From: a virus
Taxonomy: Duplodnaviria > Caudoviricetes
IMG/VR virus record: IMGVR_UViG_3300033481_000005
Span: 1-38,981 of that record
Length of the DNA: 38,981 nucleotides
Direction: 5' to 3' (one strand)
Shown: in pieces, positions 8,549 through 18,824 of the stretch
Layout of the letters: each line of letters starts with the position of its first letter
Position numbering within the stretch: position 1 is the first letter of the stretch
Translations under genes and position numbers: made by a program
The notes under the pieces: generated by a model
Told to the model about the DNA's origin: nothing
Seen by the model: only the letters and a program-made list of their open reading frames with translations
Databases searched by the model: none

Positions 8549-10338
8549 TACTTAGCGAGCCTCCGCGGTCCAACCTGGAACGGTTTGGTTCCAGCCGGGT
8601 CCTGTGTGAGTTGCTCGAGTGCTGGGCGCTTCATCACGTCGAGGATTCGTTGGAGGCTACCGAGCAGCATCTTGCTGTCACCAGTGAAGAAGTTGTTCAC
8701 ACCGGCGGTCAGCACCTTTCCGTACTCGTCGCGCTCTTGCCCAGTTGGAGCCCCTGCGCCCGTCGCCTGAGACATTATGCCAACGGCGGTTGTTGCGATT
8801 CCCTCAACCAACTGCCGATCGGTTGGGCTCAGGTTCGAGTGCTTTCGGCTGAGAGCACGCACCTGATCGGTGAGGCCCTGAAGCTTGCTGATTGCGTCCA
8901 GGTTCTTGCGGACCTCGGGCGCGGAACCCTTCGGGACGTACCCGATTCCTCCTCCAATGTTCGACGGAACACGCACTTCGAGATCGCGTGCGGCGAGCAC
9001 TCGTTCGCGTGCATTCTGGTCACGCGGAAGATTATTGGGGCCGCCCATCTCGCCTCCAGATGCGATGTATTGCGGCAATTGCCCAGAAATTCCCTTTTGC
9101 ATGAACTCGCGGAATTCCGGCGTTCCGTCCTTGAAACCGAGATCGCTGGCCATCTTGCGGAGACCCTGGATCCCTCCCGGAACAGCACCGGCGGGGCGCC
9201 AACGCATAAGCGTCTGATGTTCACCAGTGAGGGAGGCCAGCTTTTCCTGTTCGCGTTGCACAGCGAGAGCGTCAGCAGCGTTCGTCATCGCGGCGCGCAT
9301 CTCGGCGGACTTTTCCTTCGCCGCCTGCGCGCGGTACCCTGACTCATAGAGCCCGAGCATTGCGGCTCGTGTGGCGTGGTCAGCGGCTGCTGGATCACGG
9401 AATTTCTGCAGCATGTCACCGAGCAATGTCCGCTTCCCAGCAATCTCGAGTCCGAGAGCGTCAACTTGGTCGCGCTGCTTGGACATGTCCGCGTCAATCT
9501 CTCGCATGGCCAACTCGAGCGCAGCGTTCTGGCCGCCAGCAAGCGCTTGACCGGCGGCGCCGATTCCGATGGCGATGCGAGTCCACATCGACATGTCTCG
9601 CACAGGATTGCGCTCTGCGAATGAAGTCTGCAGCTTGCTTCGTTGCTCAATGAGGCGGTCCAGCTCACCCACGCGTTCGTCGATTACAGCTCGACGCTGC
9701 TCCTGTTCGTCTGCGATTGCAGACGCTTCCGCCGCGAACCCGCGGCCCTGCAGGTACGCGTTGCGAGTCTCTTGGTCCGCCATATCGGCGCGATCCATGA
9801 GCTGCAGACGCTGGTCCAGTAGCGCCTCGTTTTGCTGCTCCTCGAGGGCTTGGCGTGCTGCTGCGTATGGCGCCTCCTGCCCAGGCATCGCGCTCGGGAC
9901 AGCCTGCTGCCAAGTCTCAGAAGCCTTCACGACAGCCTGCGGGTACGCCTTTGGCCGCAGGTAGTTCGCCAACATCATATTGACGACGCTCTCGGTCGGG
10001 TCCTGCTGAACGACTGGGGCTGGTTGCGGTGGAGCCTCGGGCGGCATCGGCGAGTAGTTGATCTCGCTCGCAACTGGCTGTGCCGGAGCAACGCTCATTG
10101 TGCCGGCTTGGACTGGTTGCTCCTGAGGATCCATCGTCGCCTGCGGTGCTACGGAGATCTGCGGCGCCTGCTCGGGCGTGCTCATGATTGGCGCCTGTTC
10201 AACCGGTGGTGGCTGGTACGGCATGCCAGCCTGAGCCGCGGCCTCGTACGGATCCTGTGGTGGCTGCTGCCATCCGACTGCGCCAGGTAGCGGAGCGGGG
10301 GCAGATACGCTCTGCTGCACCCAATCGGGGATTGCCAT
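8548..10338 (-). CDS. Internal virion (DNA ejection) protein
   Basis: Pro/Gln-rich N-terminus, coiled coils, RIAIGIGAAGQALAGG segment; TAATG coupling. Confidence 0.65.
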   Translation of the reverse strand: MAIPDWVQQSVSAPAPLPGAVGWQQPPQDPYEAAAQAGMPYQPPPVEQAPIMSTPEQAPQISVAPQATMDPQEQPVQAGTMSVAPAQPVASEINYSPMPPEAPPQPAPVVQQDPTESVVNMMLANYLRPKAYPQAVVKASETWQQAVPSAMPGQEAPYAAARQALEEQQNEALLDQRLQLMDRADMADQETRNAYLQGRGFAAEASAIADEQEQRRAVIDERVGELDRLIEQRSKLQTSFAERNPVRDMSMWTRIAIGIGAAGQALAGGQNAALELAMREIDADMSKQRDQVDALGLEIAGKRTLLGDMLQKFRDPAAADHATRAAMLGLYESGYRAQAAKEKSAEMRAAMTNAADALAVQREQEKLASLTGEHQTLMRWRPAGAVPGGIQGLRKMASDLGFKDGTPEFREFMQKGISGQLPQYIASGGEMGGPNNLPRDQNARERVLAARDLEVRVPSNIGGGIGYVPKGSAPEVRKNLDAISKLQGLTDQVRALSRKHSNLSPTDRQLVEGIATTAVGIMSQATGAGAPTGQERDEYGKVLTAGVNNFFTGDSKMLLGSLQRILDVMKRPALEQLTQDPAGTKPFQVGPRRLAK

Positions 10339-11621
10339 TACGCTGCTGTCCCTTCGAGTTTTGCAAGGCGCTTATCGAGCCCGGCTTGGTTGGCGAGGAT
10401 GAAACTCAGTGCTCGGCGCCCCTCGATTGCCTGCCCCGCTGGAGTGTTCATTACGGCTTTCTTCCCTCGAGGGGACTTGGACAGCTCCTGGGTCATCACG
10501 CCTTCTCGTGGAGCTCGAGCGTCCGCATAGGCCATGCCTCGGACAGCATCGCGCTCCTCAGGCGGAGCCTTGGCGGCGAGTTGCTCGGCGAGTGTCGCAG
10601 CCATCTCCGGCTTGTACCGGTACGTGTAGGGATTGACCGGGGCCAGGTCCTCCTTGACTCGAGCGTCGCTCATGAGCCCGCCGCCGGCAGACGCCAGACC
10701 CTTCACGAAAGCGTCGGCTATCTTCGAGTTTGTCGCCATGCTCGGCATTTCTGAGCCCGAGTCCTCGAGGGAAGGGTCCACGGCTGGGCGCGACATCTGG
10801 CGCGATACGCCCGCTGCCTGCGCGGCCTCACCAGCTTGGTATCCACCCTGGATTGACGCAGGATTGTAAAGTTTTCGTCCGACCATTGACAACTTTTCAG
10901 CGAACGATCCGGTCGACGGCTGAACGCCCTCCTTGACGCGGATGTCCGACGCCATCGCACCGATGAGAGGGCCAGCGAAGCTGAGGACAGCCCCGGTCCC
11001 TTTCTGCGCCCGCGTAGCGTTGGCGTTGGCGAGCTCCGTCTGGAGCTGTTGGACACCAAGCTGAGCGTTCTGGTTTGCCTGCGCCGCACCCAGGCTCCCC
11101 GTGCGTTGCTGCAGGTCCTGGGAACGTTGCTGGGCGAGCTGTTGCCCCAACGTCTGCTCTGCCGTCGCCTGCTCCTGAGCGCGCAACATACTCGCGTCGC
11201 GGTTGGCCTGGGCCATTCCGGTTGCTCCAGCCTCGGCACCCATCCGCAGGGCGAGACCACGATTCACGCCGCGAGCGTTTGCCGCGATCCTGCCGGCAGC
11301 CTGCGCTGCCTGCGCGACTCCGTACTGACCCTGCAGAGCAGCCACGCTCGGGGCTTGACCGGCGACGCGCTGCTGGAGCGCCTGAGCCAGTGTGCTCTGC
11401 CCTTGTCGCGCCTGCAGCGACTGCGACAGGTCCTGGTTGGCCTGGGTCTGGTCGATGTTCTGCACGCTCGGCTGGAACGAGGTCTGCCCTCCAACCGTGG
11501 ATTTGACTCCGCCCCACAGCTTTTTCGCTGCCCCGCTGCCTAGGACTGCTCCAACTGGGCCACCGACGGCGTAGCCACCAACGGTTCCAGCGGCTTTCTT
11601 GAGAGTGTTCCAGACGCCCAT
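10338..11621 (-). CDS. Internal virion/pilot-like protein with C-terminal peptidase S74 autocleaving chaperone domain
   Basis: Gly-rich N-terminus (GGYAVGGPVGAVLG); Gln/Ala coil; SDIRVKE and SDARVKE..VNPYTYRYK..GVMTQEL. Confidence 0.75.
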   Translation of the reverse strand: MGVWNTLKKAAGTVGGYAVGGPVGAVLGSGAAKKLWGGVKSTVGGQTSFQPSVQNIDQTQANQDLSQSLQARQGQSTLAQALQQRVAGQAPSVAALQGQYGVAQAAQAAGRIAANARGVNRGLALRMGAEAGATGMAQANRDASMLRAQEQATAEQTLGQQLAQQRSQDLQQRTGSLGAAQANQNAQLGVQQLQTELANANATRAQKGTGAVLSFAGPLIGAMASDIRVKEGVQPSTGSFAEKLSMVGRKLYNPASIQGGYQAGEAAQAAGVSRQMSRPAVDPSLEDSGSEMPSMATNSKIADAFVKGLASAGGGLMSDARVKEDLAPVNPYTYRYKPEMAATLAEQLAAKAPPEERDAVRGMAYADARAPREGVMTQELSKSPRGKKAVMNTPAGQAIEGRRALSFILANQAGLDKRLAKLEGTAA

Positions 11622-14600
11622 TACTTTTTCGCGCTTTCTGCTCGGCGTCCCGAGCCAGGTTGCTGTCCCCAATAGAGGGAAAACCCGGTAAAATTGAGGA
11701 AAGTCTCAGTGGTCCCGGACCAAGACGTCGGGAACTGGAGATCTTTGATCTTGAGGCGGATCGCCTGCACTTGTTGATCTTTCAGGTGGACCGGGAATGC
11801 GTGGTGGTCGGAATTGATGGCCGCGGCCGATACGTCCGACTCTGACTCCCATGTCCTCGGGGCGGTAGACTCAGTGTCCGCATAATCCGCAATGCAGGCG
11901 ATTGAGATTCCAGTGAACGCCCGTTGGTCAGAGGTGAGTACCTCTGCTCTCCAAACGCGCACAAACCCCAGCAGCCCGTCGAGCTTGATGTTCGCCGTCT
12001 CGATCTCCGCCTGGTACCAATGGTTCGCGTCTGGCCCCGTGTAGCCAGTCTCAGCCCTATCCAGGTACGTCGCTCCGACTGGACCAGTCTCTCGGGCTAG
12101 CCTGCATGTCGGGTTGCTGTTGCGCGAGGATCGGTCACCGAGGGCCATCCAGTTCGCTCCGGCGGCGCGCAGAACCCCGTTGGGCTGGTCCGTGTAATCG
12201 GGGCGCCCCGTCCCTGGTATGCTCGCGGTGGTCCACCAGCTGTAGAGCGTGTGCCAGCACAGGACTAGGAACGCGCCAGTGCTTGGATTCTTGACGAGGA
12301 ATCGGCAGATTTGCGTGGCTTGGTCCCAAGACGCACTGAGTATCTCTGAGTACCCGTCTTCTCTCACGGTCTTTGCGACTCCGTCGGAGATGACGCCAGT
12401 GCCCAGTCCTCGGTCAAGGAGCTCGATGCCGCGTTCAGATTGGAAGCAGATCCCCCGCTCGGTGCGGACGATACTCCTGGAATCGACGCATCCGAAATCG
12501 GTGGGTAGGCGCTGCGGCTGCCCGAACGATCCGTCCACTCCGAGGTCGTTCGGGCCATCCCCAGAAATCCAGAATATCGCGTCTTTTGCCCAAATAACCA
12601 AGCGGTCGTCGTAGGGGGAAATGCCGGTTGCGTCGCGCGCCAACTGGAACCTCAGCTCGTCGCTGAACGCCGGCTCCTCGCCATCGATGACCTCGTGTGA
12701 CGGGGAAACCGTCCTTCCGTTGACGAGCCAGATTCGTCGCTGCCACTCGCAGATGAGCTGAGCGGGGATCGGCGGGTCGCAGGGGAGCATCCTGTCCGTG
12801 TAGATCGTTGGCTGCCCAATCTGGAACAGTCTGCGGGGGTCGAGAGTAACCGTCGTCGGCGTCGTGGCGTACTGCGCGTTCTTGATGAGTTGCTCGCTGC
12901 GTACGTAAGTGATGCCCTGGTCCTCGCTCACGTAGATCGCCAACCGGACGTCCTTGTGTGTGGTTACGCACAGGTTCAGGTACGTTACCGCGATCGTCTT
13001 CAGCGGAGCTGAGATCGTGATTGGGTCAGCCAAGCTAACGCCTGAGCGAACCAGGCGACCCATCGAGTCAATCCCTTCCCACACGGCCTTGACGTAATAG
13101 ACCTGAGGTGGTGTTCCAAGTCCTCCAGTTGACGAGTCAACTTCCGAGAGTGAGATTTCGCCCGACAGCGATTGTGGTCGGCACGGGAACCCAAGCTCGT
13201 GCCCAGTACCTCCGTCGTACGTCCAAGGAATAGACGACGCGAAGAACGTGTCGCCGAATGCCTCAACCCAAGCAAACCTCTGCGGGTCTCGAGCGTCGAG
13301 CTCGAACAGTGAGATCACGTGCTCTCTTCCGTCCAACGTGATCGTTGGGATCGCGGTAAAAAACAGTCCGCGCTGGTAGAGAGACTCGGCGACTGAATTC
13401 CTGCCGCGACACAGCGGCACCCCGTTCTCACGCGCGAACACGGAATCGAACGCAACGTCTCCGCGAGTAACCCTTCCGGCGATTCGATACGACGTAACCG
13501 GGTCTCCCCCAGTGATTCCCTCGCGATACGGCGCAGCTATTTCGATCCCGGTAGAGTCTGGCATCTGTCCGCGCGACACCAGAATGTACGTCTGGCCGTT
13601 GTGATGGAACGGTCTACCCCACGCGATTAGGCTAGCAGTCGCACCGATCGGTGTGTCTTTCGTTAGTGCGTGTCCGTTTTGAGCCTGGAACAGCGCGCTC
13701 TTGAAGCTGTTCTCAGAACTCGTTTTCCAGAAAACCCACCAGTTGTCGCGTCGGAATGTTGAACTTAGGTAGCGGTCGCCTGCCCATCCAACCTGTTGCC
13801 CACCATCATCGTCTCGGGTGATGTCTGGGTACGGAGATGCCACCACGTCAGTGACGTAGTTGATCACGTTGTCAGGGAGATCGAATGCGATGAAATTGGC
13901 GAGAACGTTCGACGGAGTTCCGGCGCAGCCTGGGGACATCACACCAAGGTGGACAGCAATCTCAACGCCATTAGGGTCGCAAACGATGGAGCAAGTCCAA
14001 TAGATTGGCGAACCATTCACGACAGACGAGAACGTGCGGAGCGCCCATTCCTCTAGGATCAGAGCGTCGCCCGGGGTGAGCGAGAATATCCCGGCATAGA
14101 CTCCGGTTGTTCCGTATTCTGTGCGGGTAAACACAATTCGCTGGCCTTCATCCAGAACGTCGCTTGCATAGGCGTCGAACCCAGTCGAAGCCCCAAACGT
14201 GAGTTCGTTGATTGGCACAGTCCACGGCGTAGCTGCAGGAATCACAGCGTGCCAAATACTGCATTCGTCGAATTCGACATGCACAGCATAGAAAACGTGG
14301 AATCTCCAGGCTCCGTCAGGGTGCTTTGCCGCAACAACACGGGCGAATGAGTGCGAGTAAGCGCCAACGCTCAGCTTCGCCTGAGCCAGGATTGAACGTG
14401 TTTCCACGTCAACGACTGCGTACTCAATCGTCGAATCCGTCTCGCTGTAGTTCGTGCTCCGCCAAACCATGCACACGACGCCTTGACCGCTCTCGCTGTC
14501 GCCAGCGAAAGCGCAATCCCACGCGCCGATGCTCTCACCGATGTTCGAGTGGGTGACGTCGAGCAGCTTACGCGTGTTGAATCGCGGGACGGCACCCTTG

Positions 14601-14941
14601 GCAGACCAAACTGGAGGGGAAGCGTTCTCGGTAGCTTCCGCTGTTGCCCTTGAGATCAGCGTCGGTGGGTAATGGTTGAGCCGAACCGTTGTGATGGATC
14701 CTCCTATCCAGAGGATCTCGTTGCCGCGGCGCGCGATACGCTCTGGCTGCGGGAGATAAGGGAACCCGTGAACGGAAAAGTCCTCGCAAATCCAACCCGG
14801 GCGTTTTACGAGTCCTCCGTTTCGAACTGGAATGACGTTGTGCGCCTTGAGCAACAGCGGCGGATCAACAAGCTCCTTTGAGATCTGCTGCTCTTGGCCG
14901 CCGATGAACGGAATGCTGGTGCGTTGGGGGACGAGTGCCAT
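11621..14941 (-). CDS. Tail nozzle / tail tubular protein B-like
   Basis: ~1106 aa beta-rich; GGLVKRPG near N-terminus, GCVDSRSIV...FQSERGI propeller motif; position after adaptor. Confidence 0.75.
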   Translation of the reverse strand: MALVPQRTSIPFIGGQEQQISKELVDPPLLLKAHNVIPVRNGGLVKRPGWICEDFSVHGFPYLPQPERIARRGNEILWIGGSITTVRLNHYPPTLISRATAEATENASPPVWSAKGAVPRFNTRKLLDVTHSNIGESIGAWDCAFAGDSESGQGVVCMVWRSTNYSETDSTIEYAVVDVETRSILAQAKLSVGAYSHSFARVVAAKHPDGAWRFHVFYAVHVEFDECSIWHAVIPAATPWTVPINELTFGASTGFDAYASDVLDEGQRIVFTRTEYGTTGVYAGIFSLTPGDALILEEWALRTFSSVVNGSPIYWTCSIVCDPNGVEIAVHLGVMSPGCAGTPSNVLANFIAFDLPDNVINYVTDVVASPYPDITRDDDGGQQVGWAGDRYLSSTFRRDNWWVFWKTSSENSFKSALFQAQNGHALTKDTPIGATASLIAWGRPFHHNGQTYILVSRGQMPDSTGIEIAAPYREGITGGDPVTSYRIAGRVTRGDVAFDSVFARENGVPLCRGRNSVAESLYQRGLFFTAIPTITLDGREHVISLFELDARDPQRFAWVEAFGDTFFASSIPWTYDGGTGHELGFPCRPQSLSGEISLSEVDSSTGGLGTPPQVYYVKAVWEGIDSMGRLVRSGVSLADPITISAPLKTIAVTYLNLCVTTHKDVRLAIYVSEDQGITYVRSEQLIKNAQYATTPTTVTLDPRRLFQIGQPTIYTDRMLPCDPPIPAQLICEWQRRIWLVNGRTVSPSHEVIDGEEPAFSDELRFQLARDATGISPYDDRLVIWAKDAIFWISGDGPNDLGVDGSFGQPQRLPTDFGCVDSRSIVRTERGICFQSERGIELLDRGLGTGVISDGVAKTVREDGYSEILSASWDQATQICRFLVKNPSTGAFLVLCWHTLYSWWTTASIPGTGRPDYTDQPNGVLRAAGANWMALGDRSSRNSNPTCRLARETGPVGATYLDRAETGYTGPDANHWYQAEIETANIKLDGLLGFVRVWRAEVLTSDQRAFTGISIACIADYADTESTAPRTWESESDVSAAAINSDHHAFPVHLKDQQVQAIRLKIKDLQFPTSWSGTTETFLNFTGFSLYWGQQPGSGRRAESAKK

Positions 14942-15264
14942 CAGAAAATCCAGACCTTTGCCGTGCACGGATCGGTTGACTCGAACGTGATGAATTGAGC
15001 GTCTGCGCTCCCAGGGACCTCGACGAGCGAGACAGGGGTTGACGCAACAAGGCGAATCAGGACCCACCCAGAAGGCGCCCTGCCTAGCTTGTGGTGGATG
15101 CGCTTGGTTGCCGGAAGCGTGTTGATTACTACGTCGACAAGAACCCCAGACGCGAAGGGTGAGTACTCACGCCAGAGGTCGCACACCTGCCGCGACAGCT
15201 CCTCGAGATCGGGGTCCTTCGACTTGACTGGCCTAGGCGCTGACCTCAAGGCTCGTACGGCCAC
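14941..15264 (-). CDS. Small tail/structural protein
   Basis: IHHKLGRAPSGW motif; fills the gap between adaptor and nozzle. Confidence 0.6.
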   Translation of the reverse strand: MAVRALRSAPRPVKSKDPDLEELSRQVCDLWREYSPFASGVLVDVVINTLPATKRIHHKLGRAPSGWVLIRLVASTPVSLVEVPGSADAQFITFESTDPCTAKVWIF

Positions 15265-16136
15265 GGCCCGTACCGGCGCCGCAGACCGCCTCCGCGCACG
15301 TCTACGACGCGTTTCGGGTTGGCCGCGTCAACAGTCGCCACTGGCCCCGATATGAGCGACACGACCTTGCCTTGCTCCGCCAATAGGGCGCTCGGGTCCT
15401 GTTGCTGCTTGGAAAGGCACATCGCCGCTACCCCGCAGATCACGTATGCGATGTGAGGATGGGTCGGGAGCAACTGAGGGGCCTGCACATAGGTGACCTG
15501 GACGGCGTAGCGCTCGGCGGGAGGAGGCAGGAAATCGATGACCGTGCCCATCTTCCATACCTCAGCATACGCCGGTGACCCTCCCTCGTTGAGAGTGGTC
15601 AGCGACAGCTGCCTTACTGGTCCGCCGCGGAGTCGGTACTTCGGGGTGTGCGACATCCAATTGCGCGGCGTGAAGTCCATGAGCTGCCCAGCCGTGTCGA
15701 TTGGATGCATCGGCAAAGCGCGCTTGTCGGGCGTGCTCAGGGTCCAGTTCTCGGAGGCCTCGATCCTGTAATCGCCAGGCGTCCCAACCTGCACGCTAGT
15801 CCGCGTTACGTCGCCCCGAAGGAACTGAACGCGCACCAACGAAAGGAAGTCGTCAGGCATCGGGTATGACGACGCATACCCAGTGTCTGGGCCTGGTATC
15901 GACGACTCGACATTCGCCTCGAGCCGTGGCCATGCGATGTTTGGATCTGTTCCTGGGATGACCTGAATCCAGGTAGTTTTCGAGAAATACTCGTCGCCGT
16001 ACTTCGTTCGAAGAATCCCGTGCAGCTCCGCGATCGAGATGTCAATCCACGCATCGAGTTCAGCATCCGAGACGAATGCGCTGCCAACCATGTCGGCTCG
16101 CCTCAGGATAGCAGTACGCAATTCGTCTCGGTTCAT
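15246..16136 (-). CDS. Head-tail adaptor / tail tubular protein A-like
   Basis: ELRTAILRRAD...SDAELDAWID helical start; SYPMPDDFL; DFLPPP. Confidence 0.75.
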   Translation of the reverse strand: MNRDELRTAILRRADMVGSAFVSDAELDAWIDISIAELHGILRTKYGDEYFSKTTWIQVIPGTDPNIAWPRLEANVESSIPGPDTGYASSYPMPDDFLSLVRVQFLRGDVTRTSVQVGTPGDYRIEASENWTLSTPDKRALPMHPIDTAGQLMDFTPRNWMSHTPKYRLRGGPVRQLSLTTLNEGGSPAYAEVWKMGTVIDFLPPPAERYAVQVTYVQAPQLLPTHPHIAYVICGVAAMCLSKQQQDPSALLAEQGKVVSLISGPVATVDAANPKRVVDVRGGGLRRRYGPWPYEP

Positions 16137-16144
16137 GGTTTGCC

Positions 16145-16486
16145 TTACAGGCTGACTCTGGTTGAGAACGTTGCTCGCCAGTTGACGCGCAACGCGTTGG
16201 TGTCGGCGGCAGATCCCGACGTGTACGTTGTGATTGTGATTACGCCAGCTGAGTACGTCGCATCGATCGTGCTCGCACCGCCAGAGATGTGCGGAGTAAT
16301 ACTCTCGAGCGTTCCTGGCATGTTTGGCAGGGTAATCGTGAACGTTCCGGTGCCAGTTCGGGCGGCAACCCCGTCACCAACTGGAGTCGTTGGGGCAGAC
16401 GTATTTGCAGTCGTGAACGAGCCACACATGTTGATGCGGCCGCGCTTGGAAGTGTTCAGCGGATGAAGCAGTGAGCTATCAGACAT
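16145..16486 (-). CDS. Small beta-rich structural (decoration-like) protein
   Basis: AGGAG SD; ARTGTGTFTITL motif; follows the capsid gene. Confidence 0.55.
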   Translation of the reverse strand: MSDSSLLHPLNTSKRGRINMCGSFTTANTSAPTTPVGDGVAARTGTGTFTITLPNMPGTLESITPHISGGASTIDATYSAGVITITTYTSGSAADTNALRVNWRATFSTRVSL

Positions 16487-16551
16487 GGTTTTCTCCTGGG
16501 TGGGCCCCCGCAGGCAGGGCCCTTATCTTGGTTGTTGTCCGAAGCTCTCGG

Positions 16552-17787
16552 TTATGCCGCCGTCGGCAGCGTGACCACCATCGAGTCGCGAGGAACCCGG
16601 CAAACCTGGTTCCAGTAGCCACCGAACCGCAGCTCGATGCCATCCGCGTTGTAGATGGCAAGCTCTCCGCCGTTGGTTCCGCGGGTGAGCAGGCGGAACG
16701 CTTCGTTGAGCGACCACAGCTCCCATGCGCTCACGCGAGTGACGAGCGGCTGGTAACGCGGGATGTTCGGCTCGGAGTATAGGTTCACTGGCCCCTGCGG
16801 ACCATTGATGACCACTGCCTGGTAGCTTACGGACGCAATCTGCTTACCGTTGCTTCCGACAGCGTTCGTGTTGATTCGCTGCAGATTACCCGCTTCCTTG
16901 ATCACGTTTCCGAGATCCATAGGATTCAGGAATGCGGAGTCATGCTTTCCGCCGTAGCGGTCGTGCAAATGCAGCGAATTGAGCAGCACCTCGAGCGGGG
17001 TACCAGATGATGGCGCGTAACGGCAACCTGCCATCCCGATACTTCCGCCACGATCAACGCCGAAGAACGAATCGCCGCCGCCAACGGTAGGCAAGGTGAC
17101 AGGGTTCCACGCGAACACGCCCTTCGGAACGGCATTATAGTCGCTCTTCGGCACGATGTAGTCGCCCGCGGCAACACCGCTCGATGCTGCGGACCAGTTG
17201 CCACCTAGAGTGACGGTGCCCGCCTCTTCATCGATCGCGGTTACCGTGCAATCTCCAGTATTGACCGCGGAATCGCCAGCCGTGAACGTGTTGTAGACGT
17301 TACCGACGATGATGTTCCGGATCTGGGTGATATCCGAGAGCGTAATCGTTGCTGTTCCGACGTTGGATCCAGACGAGATCCTGGCTACGGCACCGGTTCC
17401 GTTTCCGAGCACAATGTTCGCGGCTCTGTACTTCAAGTCCTGCATCGCCAGATCGCGCTGCTCGATAAGAAGGTCACGGAGTGCGCCAACACTCGACTGT
17501 GAAGCTTCGATGTCCTCGTTGCCGATTTGCTTCACGACGTACAAGCGAGAACGCGTGATAGACGGCTTTTGGTAGTTGGGGACGGTGCCGGCAGCTTGCG
17601 CCGTGGAGAACGACACAGAAGCCCCGCCGCCGCGACTCACGAGCCATGCAAGTTGCTTCGCCGAGCCGTAGAACTCGGTCCATTTCTTAATCAGCCCGAG
17701 AAACGGAGAGACGGGATACACAAGGGATTCCATGCCCTCGGGCTGGACGGTCTTGTAGAAATTCGCGATCTGAGAAATCGTGATCAT
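16552..17787 (-). CDS. Major capsid protein
   Basis: 411 aa, AAGGA SD, follows scaffold; SPFLGLIKK, LGNGTG, SFFGVDR, AFLNPMD motifs. Confidence 0.85.
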   Translation of the reverse strand: MITISQIANFYKTVQPEGMESLVYPVSPFLGLIKKWTEFYGSAKQLAWLVSRGGGASVSFSTAQAAGTVPNYQKPSITRSRLYVVKQIGNEDIEASQSSVGALRDLLIEQRDLAMQDLKYRAANIVLGNGTGAVARISSGSNVGTATITLSDITQIRNIIVGNVYNTFTAGDSAVNTGDCTVTAIDEEAGTVTLGGNWSAASSGVAAGDYIVPKSDYNAVPKGVFAWNPVTLPTVGGGDSFFGVDRGGSIGMAGCRYAPSSGTPLEVLLNSLHLHDRYGGKHDSAFLNPMDLGNVIKEAGNLQRINTNAVGSNGKQIASVSYQAVVINGPQGPVNLYSEPNIPRYQPLVTRVSAWELWSLNEAFRLLTRGTNGGELAIYNADGIELRFGGYWNQVCRVPRDSMVVTLPTAA

Positions 17788-17795
17788 TGGAGTCC

Positions 17796-18818
17796 TTATG
17801 CGAACGCGCCCTGAAGGATTCGCAGTGCGGCCGCGTCACGCTCTTCTTGAGTCATGTTCAGCGGGTCCTTGCTCTGCGTTGATTCAGAAGCGTCGCGATT
17901 CGAGATGGTTTTTGCCTTCTGTTTGGGCGGCGCCGCCGGCGCCTTAGCTCCGCCATTGCCCGTGGCGGGTGCGGGATGCGAATTAGGAGCGGCCGGTTGC
18001 TGCGCGCTCCCCACGTTCGCCTCGTGCTCGAGATAGTCCAGCACCTGCTCGTGTGTCGGGACTATGCCGGTTGTTTGGAAGTACTCCTCGGCCACGTCAT
18101 AGGCTGCGATGGCCAATGCGCGGGCAGGAATCTTCGAAGTTATTGGCCACTTTTCTGCGTCTTTTTTGACCGTTTCCACGGCCTCAGTCTTCCAGGTAAG
18201 GACGGCTTGTTCGGCTTGTTCAGCCTGCGATTGAGCCTCTTGCTCCCTGGCCTGTTGTTCCGCTTTCTGGCGGTCGCCCAGGATGTCGCGTCGAAGCTCT
18301 TCGACTACGCGCACAGCCTTATTTGTAGGCGAACGCTTCCCGTTGTTCTTGATCTGGTCGACGACATCTTCCCAGACATCGGCCTCACTGATTCCTCGCG
18401 TTTTGGCGACGAATGCAACCATGTCTGAGATGCCGTCAATCTTCCCAAGCTCGGACTTTTCTTTGAGAATATCCGCCTTTTCCTGCTCTATTCGCGCCTT
18501 CTCAGCCTCAAGCGCTCTGGCTCTCCGGGTGAGTGCTGCGTGTTGATTCTGCAGACCCTTTGGGTCTACCTCTTTCTTCGATAGGGCTTGGACGATCGGG
18601 TTCTCGTCGGGCTCCGGTGGCTCGACCTCGGGCGTTTCGCTCGTCTCAGCTTGCGCAGTGCCCTTAGCTCCCTGCGGTTGCTGCTCAGTCGCGGCTCCAC
18701 GTGCAACATCATCGTCAATCGCGCTCTGCAGGATAGAGAGTGCCATCTCCCCGGGGTCCTGAGATTGCGGTGCGTTTTGCTGTTGGGCGTTGGTGGACTG
18801 GTTACTCATTGCTCCCAT
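17796..18818 (-). CDS. Capsid scaffolding protein
   Basis: Acidic, coiled-coil/low-complexity protein between portal and capsid; C-terminal helix MTQEERDAAALRIL. Confidence 0.75.
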   Translation of the reverse strand: MGAMSNQSTNAQQQNAPQSQDPGEMALSILQSAIDDDVARGAATEQQPQGAKGTAQAETSETPEVEPPEPDENPIVQALSKKEVDPKGLQNQHAALTRRARALEAEKARIEQEKADILKEKSELGKIDGISDMVAFVAKTRGISEADVWEDVVDQIKNNGKRSPTNKAVRVVEELRRDILGDRQKAEQQAREQEAQSQAEQAEQAVLTWKTEAVETVKKDAEKWPITSKIPARALAIAAYDVAEEYFQTTGIVPTHEQVLDYLEHEANVGSAQQPAAPNSHPAPATGNGGAKAPAAPPKQKAKTISNRDASESTQSKDPLNMTQEERDAAALRILQGAFA

Positions 18819-18824
18819 GGTGCT

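Noticed and set aside
14942-15067. Upstream extension of the nozzle ORF to 15067
   Set aside because: It overlaps the 107-aa gene; TGATG coupling supports the start at 14941.
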